DNA from: Candidatus Bathyarchaeota archaeon
GTDB lineage: Archaea; Thermoproteota; Bathyarchaeia; Bathyarchaeales; Bathycorpusculaceae
DNA length: 64,000 nucleotides
Assembly (NCBI GenBank): GCA_963828195.1
Contig: CAWHDT010000005.1
Span: 608,001-672,000, forward strand
Direction of reading: 5' to 3'
The notes beneath the pieces are model-generated. The model had not been told where the DNA came from and ran no database searches. It was given only the letters and a program-made list of their open reading frames with translations. A program made the position numbers and the translations under genes. Shown one piece after another: positions 39,282-49,724 of the stretch; position 1 is the stretch's first letter, and every line of letters starts with the position of its first letter.

Positions 39282-39590
39282 CTATTTTTCTATTAAAATG
39301 TTTGATTTAACTCGTTTTCTTTTTGATACTCCGAACAGCTCATAAATCACAGCATATAAAATAAGAAAAACGATGAAACCTGTTGAAATTGCTGCATCAG
39401 AAAAATTTGAATACAAGATTAAAACAATGCAAATTGACGTAAGTATTATCGTGTAAACAGGGAAAATCCACCGGTCCGCTTTGGAGTTTCTGAATTTTGA
39501 AACTCTATTTTCAACCGGCATTTTAGTAACATTCGGTTCTTTAGGAAGCCAACCTCTAATTCGATTTTCCAAACTTTTTCTAACGTTCAT
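39282..39590 (-). CDS. Small two-TM membrane protein with N-terminal IRGWLPKEP motif
   Basis: ATGA-coupled to the upstream HTH gene. Confidence 0.65.
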   Translation of the reverse strand: MNVRKSLENRIRGWLPKEPNVTKMPVENRVSKFRNSKADRWIFPVYTIILTSICIVLILYSNFSDAAISTGFIVFLILYAVIYELFGVSKRKRVKSNILIEK

Positions 39591-40069
39591 GTTTTCAACT
39601 CTGGAATAAGTTGGGTGAAAATCATGTGTGCCAGTTTAGCTGGATGAATTTCCGTTGCATTTTCTATTTCTATGCCTCTTTCTTTGGCGATCTCCATGAG
39701 GTATTGTCTTGTTTGGTTTAGGAAGGCTGTGTCGGTTACTTCTTCGGGGTTGTCGTGCCAGTACCAGACTTTTAGTCCGTGGCTGGTTGTGTAGGTGATG
39801 ATGGCTTTTTGTTTGAGTGCTGGGTGGTAGCCGAGCAGGATGGCTTGTTTTGGGATAAGTTTTGTTACTTGGAGGTCATTTACTTGTGCGACGTCTAGAA
39901 GTGTTGTTGCCAGTTTGGCTTCGGCGGCTAATCTGGTTTGGTTGACGTATTGTCGTGTTGTGCTGAGTTTTTCGGCTATGTTTGAGACTGAGAAGCCTTC
40001 GCAAATTAGTGCCCAAACAGTTTTTTGGCTTTGGCTTAATGGCGAAGAGATTGAACAGCTTGGACTCAT
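39587..40069 (-). CDS. HTH (LuxR/sigma-r4-like) DNA-binding protein
   Basis: LSQSQKTVW...GFSVSNIAEKLSTTRQYVNQ...AEAKL. Confidence 0.7.
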   Translation of the reverse strand: MSPSCSISSPLSQSQKTVWALICEGFSVSNIAEKLSTTRQYVNQTRLAAEAKLATTLLDVAQVNDLQVTKLIPKQAILLGYHPALKQKAIITYTTSHGLKVWYWHDNPEEVTDTAFLNQTRQYLMEIAKERGIEIENATEIHPAKLAHMIFTQLIPELKT

Positions 40070-40249
40070 AATTCATCTGTAAATAGTTACATATTTACTA
40101 ATATTTAAATTTAATCTGTGCGATGACATAGCCCTGCTTTATTGAGAAACTGGATTCTCGCCGCAAAAAAATTTTGATGGAAATATTGTTTAAATTTTGT
40201 TGAAAAGTATTAAATACTGTTAGCGCTGACTAAGGGGAAGGGGATTCGT

Positions 40250-40954
40250 TTGAGTGGGGAAGAAAAAGCAGTATCTAAAACAGAAAATAAGTATCCTTGG
40301 AGCAATTATACTTTAAAATGGGGCAGAGGAGAACCCGTCTCGACAACGCAGTACGTGCTCTACGCTGTGCAGATAGCAGCTGTCATAATTCTGTCATACC
40401 TTAGCGTCGTATTACTGGGTCCACTAAGCTACTCTGGCATTTCACTTTTCTACTTCGTTTACCCCTTCTTCCTTGTCTTCACCATGTGGTGGGGAATTTG
40501 GGGAATCGTCGGAGCATACGTTGGATGCGTCATAGGCGCTGGCTTAATGGTGGGTTTAGGACCCGTTGCATCCGCAGCTTACGCAATCAGCGATTTAATT
40601 CCGCCATTGCTTGTCTTCATAATTTACCGTGGCTTTCTCGCAAACAGAGGCATCGACCCGCTTTGGAGGGACTTAACGGAGAAAGAAGTTGCAGGCGTCA
40701 AAACAAAAAGAGTAACCGCTTGGATTCTGTTCATCGCGATAAATGGGCTGATCCTCAACGCAATCAGTGCAGAGATGGGCGTCGGAATAGAGAACGCTCT
40801 TGGGCTGATTCCGTCAGGTGCATACTGGGGATGGTGGGCAGGATGGTTCGCAGGAGACTTAGTAGCCATGATAATAATTACGCCAGTGCTGGTCAAAGGA
40901 CTCACAAACCTTGTCGAACGTCAAGGACTCATAAACGGCGGATGGTTCACTTAG
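40250..40954 (+). CDS. Probable ECF transporter substrate-binding (S) component
   Basis: Hydrophobic multi-TM protein directly upstream of ecfT and ecfA. Confidence 0.6.
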   Translation: MSGEEKAVSKTENKYPWSNYTLKWGRGEPVSTTQYVLYAVQIAAVIILSYLSVVLLGPLSYSGISLFYFVYPFFLVFTMWWGIWGIVGAYVGCVIGAGLMVGLGPVASAAYAISDLIPPLLVFIIYRGFLANRGIDPLWRDLTEKEVAGVKTKRVTAWILFIAINGLILNAISAEMGVGIENALGLIPSGAYWGWWAGWFAGDLVAMIIITPVLVKGLTNLVERQGLINGGWFT

Positions 40955-40992
40955 CAGTCGCACACTTAAGCTAAAAACTACAGGGATCTTAT

Positions 40993-42054
40993 TTGGCAAG
41001 GGACGACGTTGAAGCACGTACTTCAAAGAAGTATGTGCGCACCTTCATTTTTTCTATGAAAACGGGAACCCCAATCGAGAAACTACACGTTATCACTAAA
41101 TTCTTCATGATAGCCGCAATGTCGGTTTTAGCCCTCTACATGTTCGACATACCCGTCTCAAAAGGCGGCCCTGACATATCGGGTCTCATATTTTTGCTCA
41201 TCATCGTTTTCGCACTGCTGATTATTTCTGGAACCTCAAAATACTTAGCTAACTCGTACCTTCTCCTGGCTTTGCCGGTGCCGATAAGCGAATTTATTTG
41301 GTGGCTTTTTCTCAACGGAAAGCTGCCCGGAGCAAAAGAAGCATTTTACCTGTGGCCAGGGTTCTTTCCAATCGGAATTTCAACAATAGTGTTAATAGGT
41401 GTTTTCGGAGTGGTTTATTACCGCACAAAAAGCTTTATCATAGCTATTATACCCGCAGTTTTGCTTTGGTGGCTCACCTGCATATCGGGGGCGGTGGATT
41501 TTTCGCTATTGACCACGTGGATTAGGATTCCGCTGGGACCCGCATCAAGCTTCATGCTGCCAAGCTGGGCAGCAACAGTTGCTTTATCGAAGGCTTTGGG
41601 ATTCGCCGTGTTGATTTACACTTCATTTCTCTTTCTGCTTACAACAAGAGATTCGGAGATAGCTGGAGCGATGAGGCAGATCGGTCTCTCATTCAAAAAA
41701 GCCTTTTTCATCGCGTTGATTTTCAGGAGCCTAAACACGCTGCTAATAGATTACGAAAATATCAGGATGGCGCAGACAGCGCGGGCAGCGGGTGTAAATA
41801 GAAAAAACGTTTTTTCAAAAATAATTGATTTGGCCTACGTGTCGATACCGCTGGTTGCAACGATGATCCGTCGGTCAACGGAGATGGGTGTTGCGCTGTA
41901 TGCAAGAGGGTTTGAATCGTCCAAGAAGGTGACTTCATTTAGGGAAACTAAAGGAATAAGCTACATGGATGTTATAGTCATCGTGATTCTGAGCGTTTTC
42001 CTAATATATGAGGTGTTCCTTGGGCACACCATAAATAGCTTGTTCATAAGGTGA
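40993..42054 (+). CDS. ecfT: ECF transporter transmembrane T component
   Basis: LLTT, AQTARA, IPL..TMIRRS.EM.VALYARGF. Confidence 0.88.
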   Translation: MARDDVEARTSKKYVRTFIFSMKTGTPIEKLHVITKFFMIAAMSVLALYMFDIPVSKGGPDISGLIFLLIIVFALLIISGTSKYLANSYLLLALPVPISEFIWWLFLNGKLPGAKEAFYLWPGFFPIGISTIVLIGVFGVVYYRTKSFIIAIIPAVLLWWLTCISGAVDFSLLTTWIRIPLGPASSFMLPSWAATVALSKALGFAVLIYTSFLFLLTTRDSEIAGAMRQIGLSFKKAFFIALIFRSLNTLLIDYENIRMAQTARAAGVNRKNVFSKIIDLAYVSIPLVATMIRRSTEMGVALYARGFESSKKVTSFRETKGISYMDVIVIVILSVFLIYEVFLGHTINSLFIR

Positions 42055-43850
42055 CCAAGATGCCCGTGCTGGAGGTTAAAGATTTCTGGTGGAAGTACCG
42101 ATCATTTGTTGGCGTAGAGAACCCCTACACGCTCAAAGGATTATCGTTCACGGTTGAAAAAGGAGAATTCTTAGGCATAATTGGCCCAAGCGGCGCGGGA
42201 AAAACAACCCTCTGCTACGCCATCGCCGGAATCATACCGAAAGTCTTCACCGTGCCATTTGGCAAAGAAAACGAACACGTCAAAGGCGAAATCAAACTTT
42301 TCGGCGAAACACTAACGAAAGTCGAAAAAGTAAATGACCCCAAGACTGGAAGAATGGTTGATAAAATAGTTGGTATGAAGCAGGCGGCGCCTAGAGTTGG
42401 GCTTCTTCTGCAAGATCCTGAGAACCAATTTTTGAGGATGGATCTTTTGCATGAAATCAGCTTCGGCATGGAGCTTCTGGGGCTGTCGGAAGGGGAAATC
42501 GAGAGCAGAGCAAAAGAAGCCTTGGAGATAGTCGGATTGGGTCCTTTGTGGCCGATCGCAGATCTTGTTCATCCCTCCGAGTTGTCCGGGGGGCAGAAGC
42601 AGCGGGCTGCCATCGCTTCCTTCATTGCACTGCGTCCTGAAGTCCTCGTTTTGGATGAGCCCACCTCTAACTTGGATCCCGAGGGGAAACTTGGGATAAT
42701 TCAAGCTATAGACAACATAAAAAAAGAGTATGATATAACGATAATTCTTGTTGAGCACAACCCCGAAGTGATACAGAAGTACGCTGACAAAGTGTTGGCG
42801 ATAAACGATGGGCAAGCAATTGCATATGGCACCACTGAAGAAGTTTATTCTCAATGCAAAATGTTTGATGACAATGGGCTCTACTCCTCAGACATAGCGA
42901 GGATAGGTTGGAGGGCAGGCTTAAGTTACAACGGCAGAGTCCCCTTCACCGTTGATGAAATGCTGCAGTCAATGGATGGCAGAACACAGAAGCCTCTATT
43001 GCCTAACCCAGAAGATGACCCCGTGGACCAGTCAGCTCAGGAAATAATAAGCGTTAAAGACCTCAGTTTTTCCTACGAAGATGGAACGCAAGCACTGAAA
43101 GGGGTAAATTTCACGATAAAACAGGGAGAATGCGTCGGGCTCATTGGGCAAAACGGGGCAGGCAAGTCAACGGTATCAAAGATAATCAGCGGCTTGTACA
43201 AAAAGTTTCAGGGCGAGGCAACGGTTATGGGGAAGAACCTGCGAGACCCAAAGGTGGTTCAGAAAATACCCTGCTACGTCGGATACGTTTTTCAGAACCC
43301 TGACAACCAGATTTTCATGAGAAAAGTCTATGATGAAGTCGCTTACGGACTCAAGAACCTCAAGGTGCCGCAGCAGGAAATTGACCAAAGAGTCAAGGAG
43401 GCATTGAAGAGTGTTGGTTTACAATCAAAGATCGACGAGGACCCGATGTTTTTAGGTAAAGGCGAAAAAAGAAGGCTTACGGTGGCGTCGATTCTCGCGA
43501 TGAACCCGAAGATAATGATTGTCGATGAACCCACGACGGGTCAGGACTTCAGGATGTCAGAAGATATAATGTGCCTGCTTGACGAACTAAACAGGTCAGG
43601 CACCACAATCCTTGTCATCACCCATGACATGACCCTGGTTTCAGAACATACCAAAAGAGTCATAGTAATGCACAACGGCGCCGTACTCTACGATGGCTCC
43701 ACAAGAGGCTTCTTCTCAAACGAAGAACTACTCGACAAAGCCGACATCATTCCGCCTATGGCAGCAAGATTCAGCCTTGAATACAAGAAAAAAAATCCGC
43801 TTGCGCCAGACCTAATGAATGTAAAAGAATGGGTCACGGCACTAAAATAG
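42051..43850 (+). CDS. ECF transporter fused double ATPase
   Basis: Two ABC domains: GPSGAGKTT/QDPENQ/LSGGQKQR/DEPT and GQNGAGKST/QNPDNQ/DEPTTGQD. Confidence 0.92.
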   Translation: MTKMPVLEVKDFWWKYRSFVGVENPYTLKGLSFTVEKGEFLGIIGPSGAGKTTLCYAIAGIIPKVFTVPFGKENEHVKGEIKLFGETLTKVEKVNDPKTGRMVDKIVGMKQAAPRVGLLLQDPENQFLRMDLLHEISFGMELLGLSEGEIESRAKEALEIVGLGPLWPIADLVHPSELSGGQKQRAAIASFIALRPEVLVLDEPTSNLDPEGKLGIIQAIDNIKKEYDITIILVEHNPEVIQKYADKVLAINDGQAIAYGTTEEVYSQCKMFDDNGLYSSDIARIGWRAGLSYNGRVPFTVDEMLQSMDGRTQKPLLPNPEDDPVDQSAQEIISVKDLSFSYEDGTQALKGVNFTIKQGECVGLIGQNGAGKSTVSKIISGLYKKFQGEATVMGKNLRDPKVVQKIPCYVGYVFQNPDNQIFMRKVYDEVAYGLKNLKVPQQEIDQRVKEALKSVGLQSKIDEDPMFLGKGEKRRLTVASILAMNPKIMIVDEPTTGQDFRMSEDIMCLLDELNRSGTTILVITHDMTLVSEHTKRVIVMHNGAVLYDGSTRGFFSNEELLDKADIIPPMAARFSLEYKKKNPLAPDLMNVKEWVTALK

Positions 43851-43897
43851 AATGGCGCCACAGCCATTTGCCGTATTTTTTGAGCGCTGAACCGTTT

Positions 43898-44548
43898 TCA
43901 AGCTTTAGTTTTTGCTCTTTTTCTCAGCATAGTCACTATTGCAAGGCTAACCATCACTAGGAGTATCGGCAAAACTACCAATGGAAACTCTGGAGTGCTG
44001 GGGGTCGGTGTGGCTGCTGGAGAATCGGTTGGGGCGGGCGAAGCAGTTGGGTTTGTTGCAGCATAGCTCGTGTTTATTGAGAAATCAACTGTGTCTACCC
44101 AAGCGGCATAATAATCTGCACTCCCGGGACCAGCTGGTTTGAAGGGTGCGCCAGGCGGGTTTGCGCTGTAGTAATTGTTGAGGTTGGCTTCTTCAATAAT
44201 TGTTAAGCAGTGTGAGCCATTGGATAATTCTGGCAGCTGCACTGTTCCTGATGCTGTGGCGATAATTAAGCCCAACTCGGGGTTTTCCAGCGTTAAAGGT
44301 ACAGGTCCTCCATAGTTTCCATCAATGGTGTAGTTCAACGAGCACTGCAAGCCTTCGCCCCACTCGAAACTGACGTTTAGCGTTAAAAAATTGGATTCAT
44401 ATGTGGTGTTTACAGGAGACAATAAAGTGACTCCTCCAGAGAAAACAATTGAATCCGCAGAATCCGCCTTAACAGCTTGAAAGCCCACTCCGAGCGAAAC
44501 AAGTAACAGGGAAACAACGAGAATTGTCAAAACCATTTTCAGATTCAT
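43898..44548 (-). CDS. Secreted protein with PEF-CTERM-type sorting signal
   Basis: Signal peptide; SPVNTTY, LSNGSH; TPEFP + TM + LRKR. Confidence 0.75.
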   Translation of the reverse strand: MNLKMVLTILVVSLLLVSLGVGFQAVKADSADSIVFSGGVTLLSPVNTTYESNFLTLNVSFEWGEGLQCSLNYTIDGNYGGPVPLTLENPELGLIIATASGTVQLPELSNGSHCLTIIEEANLNNYYSANPPGAPFKPAGPGSADYYAAWVDTVDFSINTSYAATNPTASPAPTDSPAATPTPSTPEFPLVVLPILLVMVSLAIVTMLRKRAKTKA

Positions 44549-44802
44549 GTTTCACCAAGACTCCATCGATCAGCGATACCTATCTCTAACATTCAAGCGG
44601 CATATTACTCTCCTCATGGAACAGTCTGTTCCGCAAAAAGAACACCCCTAACCCCGCAACCAATAAAATGGCACGCATCATCTATAATTTTTAGACTCAT
44701 CTGCTCCGCCAAAAATCCGATTTTGGATTGAAAATTTAAAATTATATATAATGGTTGTTACAGTCTCATGAAAGTACATTAACGTATGTTGGTGGAGAGA
44801 CG

Positions 44803-45234
44803 TTGGACGAAGTATTAGATATGTTGGATAAAACTGCTAAGCGGATACAGAAGGTTGTTGACGAGACAAAAGAGGCAACTTGGAAGCAGTCAGCGCTTTA
44901 TGAGCAAATTATGCTGGCGCCGGACGCTTCAGATGAACAGAAAATTAAAGCCTTCATCAAGAAAGCACGCTATTTAGACCAGCTTGAAACGTTAAATTCG
45001 CAGCTAAGCCTGCTTTACATGCTTCAGATATTCGCGTTTAAAGTTAAAGTGCTTGAGGTAACAGTCGGAAACATCAACCAGCAGCTTACAAAATCGGGAA
45101 TTCTCCTGAAAACAGACGAAATAGAAAACATAAAGACCAACATTGACTCCCTCAAAATCCTAATTGAAGCCCAATACGAATCGATGAAGGAAATCAGAGA
45201 AACAAAAATCAAAGCGTTAGACTACATCCACTAA
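44803..45234 (+). CDS. Hypothetical helical protein
   Basis: Clean ORF; GGTGGAG upstream of TTG 44803. Confidence 0.65.
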   Translation: MDEVLDMLDKTAKRIQKVVDETKEATWKQSALYEQIMLAPDASDEQKIKAFIKKARYLDQLETLNSQLSLLYMLQIFAFKVKVLEVTVGNINQQLTKSGILLKTDEIENIKTNIDSLKILIEAQYESMKEIRETKIKALDYIH

Positions 45235-45416
45235 ACATTTCCCACTTTATTCTTACTTTTCAGATGTTTTTATTTGCGAACAAAACCAGCAGCATCCATA
45301 GGCAACAAAATTACAAAACGGACAAAAAGAGAAATGGCTGCTAAAATAAAATTAAATAAAAAGGGCAGCCTGGTGGTTTTCACCACTCATGCGTGCAATG
45401 TCGGTTTTTGTCCGGC

Positions 45417-46340
45417 TTAATCTACGATCTTTTCCCAGCTTGTAACTAAGTCAAGAACTTCTTGTCCTTGTTTGCCGCCGTAACTCTTGAGGCGTTCGCG
45501 CGTGTCTTTTTGTGCGATCATTGCTTTCTGGAACTCTACCATCTGAGCTGCTTTGTCTGTTAAGTAGAGGATTCCGTCTACGCCTGCTCGTGCCATGCGG
45601 ACTGAAACTGTCAATATTTCGCTCGGGGTTGGTGTTTCTCTTGGGTCGTCTCCGGGTCCAATAACGTATAATGCAATGTTTAGTTTGACGTCTTTGAAGA
45701 GTTTCTTGAAGTTGCGTGTTAGCATTTCCCAATACCAAGGTGTTGCATAGTTTTTGCTGAACATAACGACGAGAAATTCGTCGGTTAGAGGGGCTAAGTC
45801 ATCAAAATTAACGCCGAAGCGTTCATAATTGGTAACTGGGTCTGGAAGGACACCGATGACAAATTTGCTTTTTGCTCTGTCGCGTACTCGTTCGCTTACT
45901 AATGCCATGTAGTCGGTGATTTCTTTTCGTCTCCATTCGTACCGGCTTAAGCCGCTTTTCTTGTGGAGTTCGTTGCAGCGTGGGCATGTGCAGTGACCGT
46001 GATCTGCGAAGTGGATGCTGTTTAGCCAGATTCCTGGGCTTTTACGTGCGACGTCTTCGATGTAGTCGAGTTGTTCTGCGCGGTGTTCAGGTTGGGTTGC
46101 ACAGAGAATGTCCCATCTGACGTTGAAGTTGTCGTTTGTTCTCCATGCTGGACCAAGGTCTGACTGTGAGATCCAGTCCGGGTGGTTTCGTGCGGTTACG
46201 TTGTCTCCGAAAATTGCGATGTTGCTGTGCATGTCGGGTTTTGGCGGTAAACGTCTGCCTACTTCTGGTTTAACACGGAAAAGGTCATAGTCGAAGCCTG
46301 GAACTTTTTTTGCTTCAAACATGTATGTGCCGAATTTCAT
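45417..46340 (-). CDS. Glycoside-hydrolase-like TIM-barrel protein with CxCxxC
   Basis: HPDW, GIWLNSIHF...CTCPRC, WRRKEIT. Confidence 0.6.
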   Translation of the reverse strand: MKFGTYMFEAKKVPGFDYDLFRVKPEVGRRLPPKPDMHSNIAIFGDNVTARNHPDWISQSDLGPAWRTNDNFNVRWDILCATQPEHRAEQLDYIEDVARKSPGIWLNSIHFADHGHCTCPRCNELHKKSGLSRYEWRRKEITDYMALVSERVRDRAKSKFVIGVLPDPVTNYERFGVNFDDLAPLTDEFLVVMFSKNYATPWYWEMLTRNFKKLFKDVKLNIALYVIGPGDDPRETPTPSEILTVSVRMARAGVDGILYLTDKAAQMVEFQKAMIAQKDTRERLKSYGGKQGQEVLDLVTSWEKIVD

Positions 46341-46570
46341 CTTGATTCTACCTTTTTAGAATCCAAAACGTTTGGCGGCGTTATAAAGTTTTGCGTAATC
46401 CATATCTTAACGCTTAAGTGGTTGCTTAAACCAGACGACCTGCGGTTCCTCCACGATTGTGAAGAAACAAAGTTGCGGCAGGTTAGAACTTAAGAAAATC
46501 CTCTTCAGAAGCACGTAACTTTTAAACCTAAACAGCCCTATACACTGCCATTAAGGAAGAGGGTTGGAGT

Positions 46571-46975
46571 ATGCCGATAAAGTATTTTGAAGCGCCGGAA
46601 ATTAAAAAGCAGGTTGACCAGTTGGCGGAGGAATGCGAGTTCTACCATGTTGTGCCACAGTTTGTTTTCTGCGTAAGAAGCAGAGGCTCCAAAGCCAGGC
46701 GTACAATCGCGCGCATTCACGGTTTAGGCAGAATTTGGCAAGGAGTCCTTAACCTGCCGCCCTCCTACACCATCGAGGTTATTTCGGAGATTTATGACAG
46801 AATGTCCGCTGAAGATAAAGAGAAAACCTTGATTCATGAACTCATGCATATTCCAGGCGGCTTCTCCGGTGGTTTTCGCCCCCACAAAGGCTACGTTGAA
46901 CGCAAAAACGTTGAGGCGGTTTATAAGAAGCTGCAGAGTGATCGGGCTGCTAAAAAGCAGAGAACGTTGATGTAG
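46571..46975 (+). CDS. Putative metallopeptidase (COG4900-like)
   Basis: RS.GSK...ARIHGL, YTIEVISE, LIHELMHIP..FSGG.RPH. Confidence 0.82.
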   Translation: MPIKYFEAPEIKKQVDQLAEECEFYHVVPQFVFCVRSRGSKARRTIARIHGLGRIWQGVLNLPPSYTIEVISEIYDRMSAEDKEKTLIHELMHIPGGFSGGFRPHKGYVERKNVEAVYKKLQSDRAAKKQRTLM

Positions 46976-47149
46976 CTGGTTTTTCCCAGAAAACTTTGCC
47001 GTTTTCCGCTATAAGTTTTTAAGCGTCGGTGAACGGTTATGGAAAGTCGCAGCTTTAACACTGTCTCTAACCGAAAGGCAGAAAAACAATGTTTAAGCAT
47101 GTATGCAAACAAGTTAAAGTCATTTGCCAACAATATTGAGGTTTAACTG

Positions 47150-48814
47150 ATGAAACACGTTATGAAAAACTTGAAGCATAACGGGATATTTGTTCCAATT
47201 TACGATTACAAAGGCTTCAGCGTCAAAATCGACGGCCAAACCGTGAAGCTGACGCCGAAAAGCGAGCAAATGGCGGTCGCATGGATAAGAAAAAGCCTAT
47301 CCACCGTTTCTCCGCCAGACAACGTTTTCAAAAAGAACTTCATGCGGGAATTCCTCGGGCAACTCAAAGAGGAGAACCCGTCGGCAAATTTCTTGGATTC
47401 CTTTTGCTCAAAGTACTTAGCCAGCATTGACAATCCGCTTGCAACCCAAAATAACGGATCACAGCCGATGCCTCAAGGAATCGACTTCACCCAGATCTGC
47501 AGCTCCATTGAAAGCGAAAAAGCAAAGAAAGAAGCCCTGACTAAAGAACTTAAAAAGCAGCAGGCTGAAGAACGCAAAGTCAAGCGTTTGGCGTTTAAAG
47601 AGAAATTTGGTTATGCGGAAGTTGATGGGCAGAAACTGGAGATTGCCAACTGGACTTCGGAGCCGTCATGCCTTTTCGCTGGACGCGGCGATCATCCGCA
47701 ACGGGGAAAATGGAAGGACGGACCAAGCGAGGAAGACATTGTTTTGAATTTGCCGCCTGATGCCACCGTTCCCGCTGGGCATTGGAAAGGCGTGGTTTGG
47801 GAACCCGACAAGATGTACGTTGCTAAGTGGGAAGACAAGCTCACAGGCAAAATCAAGTACGTCTGGTTCAGCGACACAGCATTTCTCAAGCAGAACAGAG
47901 AAAAAGAAAAGTTCCAGAAAGCCGAAAACCTGGGCAAACAAATCAAAACCGTTGAGCAGCACATTCAGAGAAATCTGGATTCAAAGGATGAAGAGAGACG
48001 TAAAGTCGCCACTGTTGCATGGCTTATTTTTGCCGTTAACATGAGGGTAGGCGACGAAAAGGATCCTGACGAAGCAGACACCGTGGGCGCAATTACTCTT
48101 AGGGCGGAACACGTGAAAATCAATGGAAACCAACTGAACTTCCATTTTCTAGGCAAAGACAGTGTGGAATGGGACAAAACCCTTCCAGCGCCGCCAGAGG
48201 TTATTCGGAATATTCAAAATTACATGCAGACAAGCAAACAATACCTCTTCGAAGGCGTCAACTCAAAAAAGGTTGCTCGTTTTCTCTCTGAGAAAGTCCC
48301 AAAACTCTCCGCCAAAGTGTTCCGCACTTGGAAATGCACCACTACCCTTGAAACAGCTCTTAAAAATGAAACCGAGAGGGAAAAAGTAGCGAAGGATAGT
48401 CCTGATTACAAGAAAGCCTACGTCGCAAAGATGGCTAATTATGAAGTCGCGGTCGTGGCGAACCACAAGAAGAAGGTGCCGCCGACTTTTGACCAGCGCC
48501 TCGAGAAAAAAGAAGACAGCCTCAAATCTCTTCAACAGTTGCTTGAAACGAAGAAGGCTGAGGGCAAAAAAACGGAGTCGCTTGAAAACCGAATAGAGCG
48601 GGCTAAGCTTGACTTGGAATTGACAAAGCTAACCAAAGAATACAACTTGGGCACGTCGCTGAAATCCTACATTGACCCGACTGCATACGTGAAGTGGGCG
48701 AAAAAAGTAAAGTTTGACATCGAAAAATTCTACCCCAAAACCCTGCGCAACAAATTCAGCTGGGCACTGCAAAGCAGCAAAGCATCGCAAGCCGCCGAGT
48801 GCATAACCGCATGA
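47150..48814 (+). CDS. DNA topoisomerase IB, eukaryote-like
   Basis: LKHNG, F.GRGDHP.RGK, MRVGDEK, FLGKD, AKVFRT, ANH, GTSLKSYIDP (R-K-R-H-Y catalytic set). Confidence 0.95.
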   Translation: MKHVMKNLKHNGIFVPIYDYKGFSVKIDGQTVKLTPKSEQMAVAWIRKSLSTVSPPDNVFKKNFMREFLGQLKEENPSANFLDSFCSKYLASIDNPLATQNNGSQPMPQGIDFTQICSSIESEKAKKEALTKELKKQQAEERKVKRLAFKEKFGYAEVDGQKLEIANWTSEPSCLFAGRGDHPQRGKWKDGPSEEDIVLNLPPDATVPAGHWKGVVWEPDKMYVAKWEDKLTGKIKYVWFSDTAFLKQNREKEKFQKAENLGKQIKTVEQHIQRNLDSKDEERRKVATVAWLIFAVNMRVGDEKDPDEADTVGAITLRAEHVKINGNQLNFHFLGKDSVEWDKTLPAPPEVIRNIQNYMQTSKQYLFEGVNSKKVARFLSEKVPKLSAKVFRTWKCTTTLETALKNETEREKVAKDSPDYKKAYVAKMANYEVAVVANHKKKVPPTFDQRLEKKEDSLKSLQQLLETKKAEGKKTESLENRIERAKLDLELTKLTKEYNLGTSLKSYIDPTAYVKWAKKVKFDIEKFYPKTLRNKFSWALQSSKASQAAECITA

Positions 48815-49083
48815 GCATAACCGAAACCAAAGACGGCGTCATCATCACAATTTTTGTAAAACCGAACGCTAAAAAATTCAGCGTGGAACTTGACGGGGAC
48901 GAAATCGTTGTGCACTCCACTGAAGAGCCTATTAAGGGAAAGGTGAACAAAGAGATTTTAAAGGAGTTTCAGAGGATTTTGAATGCAGAAGTCGAGCTCG
49001 CATCGGGCGCGACATCAAGACAGAAGCAATTGTTCGCCAGAGGTACCACCAAAATCCAAGCTGAGAAGCTGTTGAGCCATTAG
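48811..49083 (+). CDS. DUF167/YggU family protein
   Basis: VKPNAKK, P.KGKVN.E, SGATSRQK; ATGA overlap with topo IB. Confidence 0.88.
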   Translation: MSITETKDGVIITIFVKPNAKKFSVELDGDEIVVHSTEEPIKGKVNKEILKEFQRILNAEVELASGATSRQKQLFARGTTKIQAEKLLSH

Positions 49084-49297
49084 CCTATCTGTACAACAGG
49101 ATATATTACGAGAACCGAAATATCGCTTTTAAACCAAACCAGCACTTAAGACAAGTGGAAAGAATTGTAGTTCAAGGGAGAGGGGCAAACCCCCAACACC
49201 TTACCCCAAAAACACGTGATATACTTTTTTAAGCAGTTTAAAAAAGAAACCCATCGCCATTTCTTATTAAGATGTTACAGTTGAGGTGTCAAGTTAA

Positions 49298-49724
49298 TTA
49301 GAGGTTTTTGGTGAAGTCTGTGGGTTCTATTCTTGTTATTCCTTTGATTTTGTCGTATATATGTTCTGTACTTAGGATTGTTTTGTCTTTTGATATTGCT
49401 GTTGCCGCGTGGTAGGCGTCGAAGGGTGAGGTGTTGTACTCGCTTATCAGCAGTGAGGCAGTCAGGCATATTTCTGGAGTTAATGGGATCCATTCGACGT
49501 TTCGCAGGCGGATGAGAACATTCATTGCTTTGGTAAGATCATCTAATAATTGTCTGTTGTAGAACCAAAATATGATTTCCTGAATTGCGGCAGTTGAAGC
49601 ATAAACGCCTTTGAGTTCGCCGAGGTCTATTTTCCCGATGATTTTCTCTGCTGCAGGCTTCAATCGGTCTTCTTTTTTTAAGGCGGCTAGCAGCAAATCC
49701 GATTCGATTAAGATTCGCTTTCAC
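49298..49724 (-). pseudogene. vapC: VapC PIN toxin; start codon out of frame with the PIN domain
   Basis: KRILIESDLL...QEI...PFDAYHAA...ILSTEH.YD begins in frame right after the antitoxin TGA; overlapping GTG (49724) opens a different frame. Confidence 0.72.
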
